A stretch of 32,000 bases of DNA from Patescibacteria group bacterium (GCA_041674405.1 JBAYVT010000001.1:210001-242000); one strand, 5' to 3'; positions 18,132-27,199 are shown, counted from the first letter of the stretch. Notes: generated by a model from the letters alone, not told the origin. Made by a program: numbers and translations.

Positions 18132-18274
18132 GCCCGGATTATAGCACGAAAAATGATCGAAAAAGATCCCTTCCGAATCCCATATTATTGCAAGACCAGG
18201 AAAAACAACCACCAAAAGTCGGAGAAAAAAAGATGGCGATATTATTATGATAGAAATAAGTTTATGATTAAATC

Positions 18275-18943
18275 ATGGAATCAGTAATCATAGCAGACAA
18301 TTTAATAAAGATTTACCATTCAAGCACCAACAATGTCAAAGCTTTAGATAAAGTGTCTCTTGAAATTTCGAGTGGTGAGTTTTTGATGATTACTGGCAGA
18401 AATGGCTCTGGAAAATCAACGCTTCTTCATCAATTAGCTTTATTAGATGAATATGATAGCGGCGAAATAATTATTAACAATCAAAAAACCTCCCACCTTT
18501 CGGAAAGAAAACGTATGGATTTGCGGCTCAGGGGGCTGGGCTATATCTTCCAGGAATACGCCTTGATCGGTGAACTTTCGGCACTGGAAAATGTAATGCT
18601 TCCGGCAATGATGCTGGAATCAAGCAAGGAAGCAAAGGCTAAGGCTTTCGAAATATTGGAAAAAGTTGATTTGAGAGAAAAATGCTTTCGGCTTCCATCA
18701 GAGCTTTCTGGCGGCGAACAACAAAGAGTCGCGATCGCTCGTTCGCTCATAAATAGCCCAAAGATTATTTTTGCCGACGAACCAACAGCAAATCTGGATT
18801 CGACCTCTTCAAAAAAAGTATTGGAAATTTTTAAATCTTTAAATAAGAAAGATGATATTACTATTGTAATGGTTACTCATGAACCGGAGGAGTTGGCTTA
18901 TGCCAGCCGTCATATTCAATTAGCAGACGGAAGGATAGTATGA
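18275..18943 (+). CDS. ABC transporter ATP-binding protein (MacB/LolD type)
   Basis: GRNGSGKST, LSGGEQQRVAIARSL, IIFADEPTANLDS. Confidence 0.95.
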   Translation: MESVIIADNLIKIYHSSTNNVKALDKVSLEISSGEFLMITGRNGSGKSTLLHQLALLDEYDSGEIIINNQKTSHLSERKRMDLRLRGLGYIFQEYALIGELSALENVMLPAMMLESSKEAKAKAFEILEKVDLREKCFRLPSELSGGEQQRVAIARSLINSPKIIFADEPTANLDSTSSKKVLEIFKSLNKKDDITIVMVTHEPEELAYASRHIQLADGRIV

Positions 18944-20142
18944 AAAGTCAAAACCGCCTGCCCTTTTATCTAACTTTAAAATATCTACAGCGAGGAAAAA
19001 AGTGGACATTATTCCTTACCGTTTTTCTGGTGGCTATTGCTTTTGTCAACTTGTTGTTCATCTCCTCTTTGTTTAACGGTATTATAAAAGGCACTAACGA
19101 ACAAATTATTAACACCATGACTGGCAATATTTATATCGCTCCCAAAGAGGGGGAAGAGTTTATAAGCAATAAAACCAAAAATGTTAATACTTTACGTTCG
19201 ATTGATGGGGTTATTGGTGTAAGCGCTCAAGCCCAACTGCCGGCACGGCTTGAGTATAAAAAAATTTCCGGCAATTGGCAGGTGTTAGCCATAAAGCCAG
19301 GTGATGAGGCGCAAGTCACTAATACCTCACAAAAAATGATCGCTGGCCGTTATCTTGAGGAGAATGATGAAGATGGCATTATTTTAGGCCAGCAAATTGC
19401 CGGCGGCGACGGGGTAGAACAAAATGCATTTTCCCTCAAAGGCGCAAAAGTCGGCGAAAAAGTTAAATTAATTTTCAATAATCAATCATATGAGTTTACA
19501 ATTCGCGGAATTTTTAAAACAAAATTTCTTAACGCCGATGAACAGGCTTTTATTACGCAAAAAGCTTTTGAAAAATTACTCCCGGAGATCGACGATAAAA
19601 CAAGTACGATTATTATAAAAGTTGCGAATAATCATGACGAAGATACGGTAATTTCCAGTATTAAGGATAAAAACATTGACGGCAATGTCTATACTTGGCG
19701 CGAGGTTGCTGGACTAATGAAATCAGTAAGCGAAAGTTTTTCAAGTATTAATGTTATCATGACCTTTGTTGGCATATTAATTGCCGCTGTCACCATTTTT
19801 ATAGTTATATATGTGGACATTATCAACAAGCGAAAACAAATCGGCATTTTACGAGCCATTGGTATTCGGCCATACATCATTATTTTTAGTTATGTAATTT
19901 TATCGGCCGTTTATTCGGTAATAGGGGTTTTGCTCGGCACGGCCATATTTTTTGCAATCCTGACACCTTATTTTATAGCTCATCCATTTCAAATTCCAAT
20001 AACGGATGTTGTTCTTGCCCTAGATAAAGTTGATTTTATTGCTCGCGCCGAAGCGGTAATGTGGGTTTCTGTATTTTCTGGTTTAATTCCGGCGGCAGTT
20101 GTTACTCGGACTAAAATGCTCGATGCGATTCTAGGGAGATAA
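18940..20142 (+). CDS. FtsX-like permease (MacB/LolC-type ABC permease)
   Basis: N-terminal TM, large periplasmic-type domain, C-terminal three TMs with KRKQIGILRAIGIR motif; 4-nt overlap with preceding ATPase. Confidence 0.93.
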   Translation: MKSQNRLPFYLTLKYLQRGKKWTLFLTVFLVAIAFVNLLFISSLFNGIIKGTNEQIINTMTGNIYIAPKEGEEFISNKTKNVNTLRSIDGVIGVSAQAQLPARLEYKKISGNWQVLAIKPGDEAQVTNTSQKMIAGRYLEENDEDGIILGQQIAGGDGVEQNAFSLKGAKVGEKVKLIFNNQSYEFTIRGIFKTKFLNADEQAFITQKAFEKLLPEIDDKTSTIIIKVANNHDEDTVISSIKDKNIDGNVYTWREVAGLMKSVSESFSSINVIMTFVGILIAAVTIFIVIYVDIINKRKQIGILRAIGIRPYIIIFSYVILSAVYSVIGVLLGTAIFFAILTPYFIAHPFQIPITDVVLALDKVDFIARAEAVMWVSVFSGLIPAAVVTRTKMLDAILGR

Positions 20143-20164
20143 TGATTTCAACAATTAAAAGGGA

Positions 20165-20200
20165 ATAATAAAAACACCAATTTGTTGGTGTTTTTATTAT
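20165..20200. terminator. Bidirectional intrinsic terminator
   Basis: ataataaaaacaccaa / ttggtgtttttattat, 16-bp perfect arms, tttg loop. Confidence 0.9.
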
Positions 20201-20317
20201 GGTTCGGGGATAGGGATTTCGGGCATTCGCGCTGCTCACTTCTAAAAACCCTCGGTTTTTAGTGTTTTCCGCCAGCGGGAGACCAATTGTTCTCCCGACC
20301 CCTCTCTCGTCCGAACC
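20200..20317 (-). ncRNA. Structured element ending in a copy of the tRNA-Gln 3' end; possible tRNA remnant or att-like scar
   Basis: 18-nt tggttcggggatagggat identical to 20372-20389; outer stem 20201-20207/20311-20317; inner stems 20276-20282/20291-20297 and 20242-20250/20254-20262. Confidence 0.35.
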
Positions 20318-20371
20318 CCATATATAACCACCCAAAAGAAAAACGACCACCAAAAGGTGATCATTTTTCTT

Positions 20372-20445
20372 TGGTTCGGGGATAGGGATTCGGACCCCAA
20401 TTCTTTGGACCAAAACCAAATGTCCTGCCATTAGACGATCCCCGA
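20372..20445 (-). tRNA. tRNA-Gln (anticodon TTG), CCA encoded
   Basis: TCGGGGATCGTCTAATGGCAGGACATTTGGTTTTGGTCCAAAGAATTGGGGTCCGAATCCCTATCCCCGAACCA folds as a cloverleaf. Confidence 0.95.
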
Positions 20446-20527
20446 ATATCAAATTCTAATCCAAAACCCAGCTCCCAAACTTATCGTTTGCAAGCATTAG
20501 CATACCCGAAATCACTCGCATTTTCAA

Positions 20528-20615
20528 CTAAAACACCCCAGCGTAAGCCGAGGTGTTACCCATTACAGGTCTCCCTGAATTGGGCCATAATTTGCGTTCG
20601 CTGGGGCTGTTTTAG
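20528..20615 (-). other. Long closed hairpin downstream of rnpB (terminator or structured RNA)
   Basis: Minus strand ctaaaacagccccagcg ... cgctggggtgttttag (16 bp plus one bulge) enclosing cccaattcagg/cctgtaatggg. Confidence 0.5.
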
Positions 20616-20623
20616 GCTTTATG

Positions 20624-20937
20624 AAGCATCCAATAAGCCGGGTTTTGTATAACGATAGCAATCTATCTACGCGTGGAGACCGCAGGTCACCTTCCGAGTC
20701 GGAATTGATGTCAGGCGGTCCACTCCACTTGCACCGAGCTAGGCTTGCCACAGACGCACATTGCTGTACGAACGCGTGAGCTCTTACCTCACGATTTCAA
20801 CCTTACCGGTCTTGCGACTTAGGCGGTATATTTTCTGTTGCGCTGTTCTCAGAGCTTTCACCCTGCTTGTTTTCACAAGCGCTCCACTCTGCGGTGCCCG
20901 GACTTTCCTCCCTTGCGGGTAGCTATCTAGAATGCTT
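20624..20937 (-). ncRNA. rnpB: RNase P RNA, bacterial type A-like
   Basis: Minus strand contains GGGAGGAAAGTCCGGGCACCGCAGAGTGGAGCG, ACAGAAAATATACCGCC, GGTAAGGTTG, GTAAGAGCTCACG, AACCCGGCTTAT; P1 pairing aagcattc/ggatgctt defines approximate ends. Confidence 0.93.
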
Positions 20938-20950
20938 TTAAAGCATTAAT

Positions 20951-20979
20951 ATTGTATCCGAAAATGACCAAAAAGTCAA
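20951..20979 (-). promoter_or_regulatory. rnpB promoter
   Basis: Minus strand TTGACT-17 nt-TACAAT. Confidence 0.75.
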
Positions 20980-21006
20980 TGTTTAAGGGTTGGAACTCAC
21001 AAAAAG

Positions 21007-21028
21007 ATTATCTTATATTAAAATATTT
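21007..21028 (+). repeat. 22-nt direct repeat copy 1 (attatcttatattaaaatattt)
   Basis: Identical to 22383-22404. Confidence 0.85.
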
Positions 21029-21070
21029 AAATTATAGGATATTGATACAAAATTTTAGTTTTAACCGAAG

Positions 21071-21094
21071 GCGCCAGGCCGCAAGGCCTGGCGC
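21071..21094 (-). terminator. GC-rich hairpin after HD-methyltransferase gene
   Basis: gcgccaggcc-gcaa-ggcctggcgc perfect stem; weak U tract. Confidence 0.6.
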
Positions 21095-21104
21095 TCGGTG
21101 ATAC

Positions 21105-22211
21105 TTAGTTGGTTCGGCCGAAAATCAGCCGGAAGGCTTCCGGGTCAACGCACGGATAGCCAGAAAAGTCGAAGTCGTGGTCTTCTGCGATCAGCGAGAA
21201 GCCTGGGAGCATCGCTTCGATCTGTCGACTTGCGACCTCGATGCTGTCTGCACCATAGGTCGGCGTGTAGCTCTCGATGACCTCGAGTCGCCCATCGCTT
21301 AAAGACAATACTCGGAGGAGTTCCTGTGGGCTGAGCGCATCGGGGCAGCGTAGTGCTACGTTCGCCATCACGATATCGCCAGCATCATCCGGAATCGGCA
21401 GTGCGTCCGCCGTCCCGGGCAAGATAATCTCTGGGGCGGAGTTGCGCAGCTTGGCCGTCTCGACAGAAAGCACAGCCGCGACTTTGCGATCTGCCTGTGA
21501 GGGTTCGACGCCGATGATCAGCTCAAGCGGAGTATGTTTCCGAAAGAGGCTGATTGGCAGTCTGCCGGGCCCAATCTCTATAAGGACCTTTGGCTCCTCG
21601 CCGCGCTCCGCACAAAGCACACCGTAGTTGCGAATGATGTTTCTCGCTACATTGGTGTGCCATTCGCTGGCATGGTTCGTGCCCCAGTACTGGGGAGTGA
21701 GCCTGATCTCCGGCCAGAGATAGGCCACCATTCCATGGAGATTCGGCCAGAAGAAGTCCCAGCCACCCTCAAAGCCGAACTCGGCCGCGAGTTTGTCGAA
21801 GTCCTCGCGAAAATCCGAGTACGCGCCAGCCATCCGTGATAGGTCGGCAGCACGCAAGATTTTCGCCTCGACGGTGACCGGCATGACGCCAGCATTGGTA
21901 GGTTTGATCGCATCGATCACTGCGGCGATCATGTGCTCCAGGTAGCCAAGTTTCCGCATCTCCTCGGCAGCCACCTTGGCACTCAGCTCCTCAGGAGTCG
22001 AGCACCCGAATTCTCGCGGATCCTTGCCAAACAACGCATCATGGAAAAGCGCTGCCCAGACAAGGACCTCAATCGAGACGTGGATGCCGCAATGTCGGCA
22101 TCGTTCTGCAAGCATGAAGGCAGTTGCGCAGACCCCCTGAGCATGCCTCCAATTATGGTACGGCCGCATGGTGTAATACGGCCAAGCCAATTTCTCGATG
22201 AATCCCAGCAT
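21105..22211 (-). CDS. HD-domain (metal-dependent phosphohydrolase-like) + SAM-dependent methyltransferase fusion
   Basis: ATG at 22211 after acaaGGGGGaccaag. MLGFIEKLAWPYYTMRPYHNWRHAQGV...VLVWAALFHDALFGKDPREFG (HD) and VLIEIGPGRLPISLF...LIIGVEPSQ...GTADALPIPDDAGDIVMANVALRCPD (Rossmann methyltransferase). GC-rich coding. Confidence 0.75.
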   Translation of the reverse strand: MLGFIEKLAWPYYTMRPYHNWRHAQGVCATAFMLAERCRHCGIHVSIEVLVWAALFHDALFGKDPREFGCSTPEELSAKVAAEEMRKLGYLEHMIAAVIDAIKPTNAGVMPVTVEAKILRAADLSRMAGAYSDFREDFDKLAAEFGFEGGWDFFWPNLHGMVAYLWPEIRLTPQYWGTNHASEWHTNVARNIIRNYGVLCAERGEEPKVLIEIGPGRLPISLFRKHTPLELIIGVEPSQADRKVAAVLSVETAKLRNSAPEIILPGTADALPIPDDAGDIVMANVALRCPDALSPQELLRVLSLSDGRLEVIESYTPTYGADSIEVASRQIEAMLPGFSLIAEDHDFDFSGYPCVDPEAFRLIFGRTN

Positions 22212-22281
22212 CTTGGTCCCCCTTGTGTACAAGCCTGAATTTCGAGCAGTGCTAGATTAACACAAAAAACATGTTCCGTAA

Positions 22282-22310
22282 ATTATCCAAACATTAGTAC
22301 ATCCATCCAA
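22282..22310 (-). promoter_or_regulatory. Candidate promoter for HD-methyltransferase gene
   Basis: Minus strand TTGGAT-17 nt-GATAAT. Confidence 0.45.
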
Positions 22311-22323
22311 ATCTTATTATTCC

Positions 22324-22367
22324 AAACGTAACAATTTCTCCGCGACCGCGGAGAAATTGTTACGTTT
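22324..22367. repeat. 44-nt inverted repeat, 21-bp perfect arms
   Basis: aaacgtaacaatttctccgcg-ac-cgcggagaaattgttacgttt, followed on plus strand by tt. Confidence 0.95.
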
Positions 22368-22382
22368 TTATTTCTAAAACAA

Positions 22383-22404
22383 ATTATCTTATATTAAAAT
22401 ATTT
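22383..22404 (+). repeat. 22-nt direct repeat copy 2
   Basis: attatcttatattaaaatattt, identical to 21007-21028. Confidence 0.85.
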
Positions 22405-22430
22405 TTATCAAATAAGTACAAAAAAGTGAT

Positions 22431-22856
22431 TTATTTAATCATTTTCTTTAGATAAATATCTACTGGCTCCTTCGTGGTTTGGGTAAGCTTTTTGGGAAGT
22501 TTATCCGGTGGGAACCATCTCATATCCTCGTGCTTATTCGGTTCCATATTTTTTGGTTCCTGGCCGTCTCGGATTTTTGCCAGGTGGTGGATCGCCACCC
22601 AATGCTGACCTTCAATTATATGGTCCGTGTATCCTAGACACTCTAAGATATCAATATCGACTCCAATTTCCTCACGAATCTCTCGCTTTAGCATCTCTTC
22701 AACTGTTTCACCAAATTCAACCGTGCCGCCGGGCTTCGTCCAAAAACCGGCATCGTTATTGCTTTTTGACGTTCGTTTTAATAATAGAATTTCGTTGTTG
22801 TCATTGACAATTAAGGCACCGCCACCAACTCCGATGAAGTCTTTCCCTGGTTTTAT
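22431..22856 (-). CDS. Nudix hydrolase
   Basis: Reading frame extended upstream of the track ORF: IKPGKDFIGVGGGALIVNDNNEILLLKRTSKSNNDAGFWTKPGGTVEFGETVEEMLKREIREEIG contains the Nudix box. Start taken as ATA at 22856 after AAGGAG. Confidence 0.8.
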   Translation of the reverse strand: MKPGKDFIGVGGGALIVNDNNEILLLKRTSKSNNDAGFWTKPGGTVEFGETVEEMLKREIREEIGVDIDILECLGYTDHIIEGQHWVAIHHLAKIRDGQEPKNMEPNKHEDMRWFPPDKLPKKLTQTTKEPVDIYLKKMIK

Positions 22857-22858
22857 TT

Positions 22859-24583
22859 TTACTCCTTGACTTCTTTAATAACCGCAGATAAATCTTCTTG
22901 CCCTTTGTCGCCTTCGCCATATTTACGGACAGCGACTTTTTCAGCCTCGATTTCTTTGTCGCCGACAATAAGCATATATGGGATTTTTTGCATCTCGGCT
23001 TCGCGAATTTTTTTGCCGATCGATTCAGTACGATCATCAACCTTAACTCGAATTCCGGCTTCATTGAGCTCCTTTTCGATTTTTGCGGCGTAGTCCAAAT
23101 GTTTATCGGAGATTGGCAACACAATAGCCTGGACAGGAGCGAGCCATGTCGGAAATGCGCCGGCAACATTCTCGATATATATACCAAGAAAACGCTCGAT
23201 TGCCCCATAAATCACGCGATGGATCATTACAGGACGGACTTTTTCACCTTTTTCATCAATATAGGTCAAGTCGAATGTTTCCGGATTGGCAAAGTCAAGC
23301 TGTATTGTGCCGCACTGCCATGTGCGACCGATAGCATCCTTTAGATGAAAATCAAATTTCGGGCCATAGAATGCTCCATCACCTTCATTAACTTTATGTT
23401 CGATTTTGTTTTCAGCAAGAATTTCCTTCATTGTCGATTCTGCCTTTTCCCAAACCTCATCCGAACCGACTGACTTTTCCGGCCTTGTTGAAAGCTCAAT
23501 ATGATCAACTTTCATGCCAAATTTCTCATACATTTCAAAACATAAATCAAATACCTTTTTGATTTCTTCCTTTACCTGATCAGGCCGGCAATAGATGTGG
23601 GCATCATCTTGTGTAAACTGGCGAAGGCGCATAAGCCCATGGACTTCGCCCGAACCTTCGTAGCGGTGGACCAAGCCAATCTCCCCCATCTTTACCGGCA
23701 GATCTCGGTATGAATGAACCTTAGTCCTGTAAATCAGCATACCGCCGATGCAGTTCATTGGCTTTACAGCATAGGAATAATCTTTTTCATCGGGAGTTCT
23801 GGCTAAATACATTCTTTCGGCATAGTTTTTCATGTGTCCGCTCTGCTCCCAGACTTCTTTTAGCATCATGATTGGGGTATTTACCTCTTCGTATCTCTCA
23901 CGGCGATGAACCTGCCGCCAATACTCGAGCATTTTTTGAAATACAATCCAGCCATTATCATGCCAAAAAACAAAGTTTGGTCCTTCCTTGTGAAACGAAA
24001 AGAGATCCAGCTCCGTGGCAAGTTTGCGGTGATCGCGCTTCTCAGCTTCCAGTATGATTTCTTCATACTTTTTAAGCTCAGACTCGTTTTCAAACGCAAG
24101 AGCATATATCCTCTGTAGCATTTTGTTTTTCTCACTACCTCGCCAATAAGCACCGGCAATTTTATCAAGCTTAAAACCAACATTTTTGAGATCAGAGGTT
24201 GTATCAACGTGAGGACCAGCACAAAGATCGACAAATTCTCCTGTTTTGTAAAGTGAAACTTTGTCATTGCCACTACTCTTCAAATCTTTAATCAACTCCA
24301 ATTTGTAATTTTGTTTGTCAAATTTTTCAATTGCTTGGCTTATTTCCACTTCTGATTTTTCAAAGGCAAGATTCTTTTCAATAATCTCGCGCATTTTTTT
24401 CTCAAGTTTTGGCAAATCCTCCGGCACCAAAGCTCGGGGCAAGTCAAAATCATAATAAAAGCCATTTTCAATCGCCGGACCAATACCAAGTTTTGCATCA
24501 GGGAACATCTCAAGTACTGCCATCGCCAGTACATGGCTCAGCGAATGCCTCATGGTTTCAAGTTCAAATTTTTTTTCAGCCAT
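22859..24583 (-). CDS. thrS: Threonyl-tRNA synthetase, short form lacking TGS domain
   Basis: HSLSHVLAMAVLEMFPDAKLGIGPAIENGFYYDFD, MRLRQFTQDDAHIYCRPDQ, GAFYGPKFDFHLKDAIGRTWQCGTIQLDF. Confidence 0.97.
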   Translation of the reverse strand: MAEKKFELETMRHSLSHVLAMAVLEMFPDAKLGIGPAIENGFYYDFDLPRALVPEDLPKLEKKMREIIEKNLAFEKSEVEISQAIEKFDKQNYKLELIKDLKSSGNDKVSLYKTGEFVDLCAGPHVDTTSDLKNVGFKLDKIAGAYWRGSEKNKMLQRIYALAFENESELKKYEEIILEAEKRDHRKLATELDLFSFHKEGPNFVFWHDNGWIVFQKMLEYWRQVHRRERYEEVNTPIMMLKEVWEQSGHMKNYAERMYLARTPDEKDYSYAVKPMNCIGGMLIYRTKVHSYRDLPVKMGEIGLVHRYEGSGEVHGLMRLRQFTQDDAHIYCRPDQVKEEIKKVFDLCFEMYEKFGMKVDHIELSTRPEKSVGSDEVWEKAESTMKEILAENKIEHKVNEGDGAFYGPKFDFHLKDAIGRTWQCGTIQLDFANPETFDLTYIDEKGEKVRPVMIHRVIYGAIERFLGIYIENVAGAFPTWLAPVQAIVLPISDKHLDYAAKIEKELNEAGIRVKVDDRTESIGKKIREAEMQKIPYMLIVGDKEIEAEKVAVRKYGEGDKGQEDLSAVIKEVKE

Positions 24584-24641
24584 ATAAACTCCAATATTAC
24601 TTGTTAATCATATTGTAACAAAAATCAAACGGTTTAACTTT

Positions 24642-25100
24642 TTATTTTATTAGACCCAATCTTTCAAATAATTCAATCGATGGTGGGGTTAGTTTAATTT
24701 TGTCTAGTTCCGAGATATCAGCCCATTGAAATATTTCAAGATCGTCGCCAATTTTTACCAAAATCTCACTCGCGTCTTCACTTGCCGATACCTTAAAAAC
24801 ATTGAAAGACATTGTGCACAAGACTTTTTCTCCGGTTGTTCGCAACGTTTTTTCCGACTCGCCAATTCCTTTGTCATCAATCAATTCAATGCTGTAATTC
24901 TTAATATTGATTCCTGTTTCCTCTGAAATTTCTCTCCGAAGTGCCGTCTCAAAATTTTCATCTTCATCCACGCCTCCTCCCGGAAGATGCCAAAAGTCCA
25001 CGTAAACTCCGCCTCCGTGAGCGTGTTTTTTACCAAGAAATATTTTTTTATCTTTTGAAATAATCATTGCGGAGACTATTTCACGATGGATTGTGCGCAT
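24642..25100 (-). CDS. Nudix hydrolase
   Basis: LPGGGVDEDENFETALRREISEETGI Nudix box. Confidence 0.93.
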   Translation of the reverse strand: MRTIHREIVSAMIISKDKKIFLGKKHAHGGGVYVDFWHLPGGGVDEDENFETALRREISEETGINIKNYSIELIDDKGIGESEKTLRTTGEKVLCTMSFNVFKVSASEDASEILVKIGDDLEIFQWADISELDKIKLTPPSIELFERLGLIK

Positions 25101-25123
25101 TGTATTGATATTAAACTAAATAA

Positions 25124-25181
25124 AAAGACCAATTATCTCGAGACCCCAAACTTTGGGGGGTTCCATCTCGATATGGTCTTT
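25124..25181 (-). terminator. Long intrinsic terminator downstream of glyA
   Basis: Minus strand aaagacc...accccccaaagtttggggt...ggtctttttattt with nested pairing. Confidence 0.7.
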
Positions 25182-25298
25182 ATTTGCCGATTCGTTTCGG
25201 CTTACGCTGTTTCTCGCCGGTTGGTGAATCCGGGTCACTAAAACAGATTAATTGACATTAGTTTAACACATTTAGATAAGAACGTAAATATCTTCAGA

Positions 25299-26546
25299 TT
25301 ATTTCGTTATTCCCGGCACCGGAAAAACTTTTGTCATTTCTGCGACTTCCTTTTTGATTTCGGCAAGCTTTGATTCATTATTCATATTTTCAGCAACTAT
25401 ATTGAATAATTCAGCGATTCGCTGCATCTCTCCTGCTCCCATGCCACGAGTTGTCAGAGCGGCGGTGCCAACACGGATTCCAGAAGTGACCTTTGGGGGA
25501 TTTGGATCATTCGGGACGGCATTTTTGTTTACCGTAATGCCGGCTTTGTCGAGCGCGACTTCGAATTCCTTACCGGTGATTTTTTTGCTCTGTAAATCAA
25601 CCAAAATTAAATGATTATCCGTACCACCTGTTACCAAATCAAAGTCTAAGCTCATCAGGGTTTTGGCAAAAGTCTGCATATTGTCGAGGACTTTACCAAT
25701 ATACTCTTTAAATTCAGGCTTCAATGCTTCACCAAAAGCAACTGCCTTAGCGGCGATAATATGCTCAAGCGGACCTCCTTGAATACCCGGGAAAATCGTT
25801 TTGTTGATTTTTTTTGAGAGCTCCTCGTTATTGGTCATGATAATTCCTGACCTAGGGCCTCGCAAAGTTTTGTGAGTTGTTGAGGTAACAATATCTGCAA
25901 CTCCAACAGGGGATTCGTGGTAGCCCGTCGCAACGAGACCAGCGATATGGGCAATGTCTGCAAATAAAAGTGCACCGACTGAGTTTGCAATTTCGCGAAA
26001 TTTTTTAAAATCCAGCTTTCGCGGGTATGCAGAGTATCCACACATGATCACTTGTGGCTTAGCTTCTTTTGCTAATTCAGCAATTTGATTATAATCAAGC
26101 ACTCCTGTTTCTGGGTTCAGACCATAAGAATAGGATTCAAAAAACTTACCCGAAAATGAAACCTTTGATCCGTGGGTCAAGTGCCCGCCGGCATCAAGCG
26201 ATTGGCCCATAATTTTATCACCCGGTTTCAAGGTGGCAAAATACGCCGCCATATTAGCGCTGGAACCAGAATGCGGTTGGACATTGGCAAATTTGCAGCC
26301 GAATAATTTTTTAAGCCGATCAATAGCCAGGTTTTCGGCTTGATCGATAAACTCACAGCCGCCGTAATACCGTGCGCCGGGATAACCTTCGGCATATTTA
26401 TTGGTTAAAACCGAGCCTTGTGCTTCAAGCACTGCTTTTGATGGATAATTTTCAGACGCAATCATCTCAAGCCCTTCAGTCTGGCGCCTCTCTTCACAAC
26501 GGATGATGTCATACATTTCTTTGTCGTTTTTTTCAAGCTCGGTCAT
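25299..26546 (-). CDS. glyA: Serine hydroxymethyltransferase
   Basis: [53 protein letters not shown]. Confidence 0.98.
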   Translation of the reverse strand: MTELEKNDKEMYDIIRCEERRQTEGLEMIASENYPSKAVLEAQGSVLTNKYAEGYPGARYYGGCEFIDQAENLAIDRLKKLFGCKFANVQPHSGSSANMAAYFATLKPGDKIMGQSLDAGGHLTHGSKVSFSGKFFESYSYGLNPETGVLDYNQIAELAKEAKPQVIMCGYSAYPRKLDFKKFREIANSVGALLFADIAHIAGLVATGYHESPVGVADIVTSTTHKTLRGPRSGIIMTNNEELSKKINKTIFPGIQGGPLEHIIAAKAVAFGEALKPEFKEYIGKVLDNMQTFAKTLMSLDFDLVTGGTDNHLILVDLQSKKITGKEFEVALDKAGITVNKNAVPNDPNPPKVTSGIRVGTAALTTRGMGAGEMQRIAELFNIVAENMNNESKLAEIKKEVAEMTKVFPVPGITK

Positions 26547-27199
26547 TTTTCCTCCAATTCATGATATTCAATTAACTCTTTTTTAAATTCACTATAAAAT
26601 CTTTTTAAGAACAAATTCCTGCGCCGTGCAATTTTCTTGGAATACGCAAAATGCAATTTATCCCATTTTATCATCGGATCTCTTCTGATTTGATCCAGCA
26701 GGCTATGATTCAGCCATATTTCTTCATCTTTTGGTACCGGTTTGTCAGTATATATTGGGAAACCTCTCTCGCCGAAGTAATATGCCAATCGCGCTATGCC
26801 GATTGCGCCAAGCATTTCAATTTTATCGGCATCTTGCAAAATCCTTACTTCATCTTTGTCTGATTTTTCAGCTTTATCTCCCTCATGATAGTTGTCGTGC
26901 AATTTAATAACTTCTAGAACAGCAGCAATTTTTTTCTTCGGGAAGCCAACTTCCGGCAGCCATTTTTCTGCTATTTCCATGCCATATTTGTAGTGGTGCC
27001 AATCGTCATCTTCATGATGCATAAAACCAATATCATGCATTAGGCATGCTGCTTCCAAAATTTCCGTATCACAAGGAACTTTTGCTGCAATTTTAAGCGC
27101 GTTATCCCGCACTCGAGTTAAATGGAAAAAATCATGACAGGCAGTATATCCTTCCAGATACTTCTTGATCTTTTTTTCCAAATCCTTTTGCCAGCTCAT
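26543..27199 (-). CDS. HD-domain phosphohydrolase-like protein
   Basis: [45 protein letters not shown]. Confidence 0.9.
   Translation of the reverse strand: MSWQKDLEKKIKKYLEGYTACHDFFHLTRVRDNALKIAAKVPCDTEILEAACLMHDIGFMHHEDDDWHHYKYGMEIAEKWLPEVGFPKKKIAAVLEVIKLHDNYHEGDKAEKSDKDEVRILQDADKIEMLGAIGIARLAYYFGERGFPIYTDKPVPKDEEIWLNHSLLDQIRRDPMIKWDKLHFAYSKKIARRRNLFLKRFYSEFKKELIEYHELEEK

Noticed and set aside
12130-20142. Two ABC transporter pairs as a novel defence or toxin export system
   Set aside because: Both look like ordinary ABC-2 and MacB/LolCD-type exporters with no adjacent toxin or immunity genes I can recognise.
20111-20452. 113-aa minus ORF
   Set aside because: Runs through tRNA-Gln and structured RNA; not a credible protein.
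20563-20751. 62-aa minus ORF
   Set aside because: Lies within RNase P RNA.
21277-21913. ORFs antisense to the HD-methyltransferase gene
   Set aside because: Shadow ORFs in GC-rich coding DNA; composition and motifs support only the minus-strand 368-aa frame.
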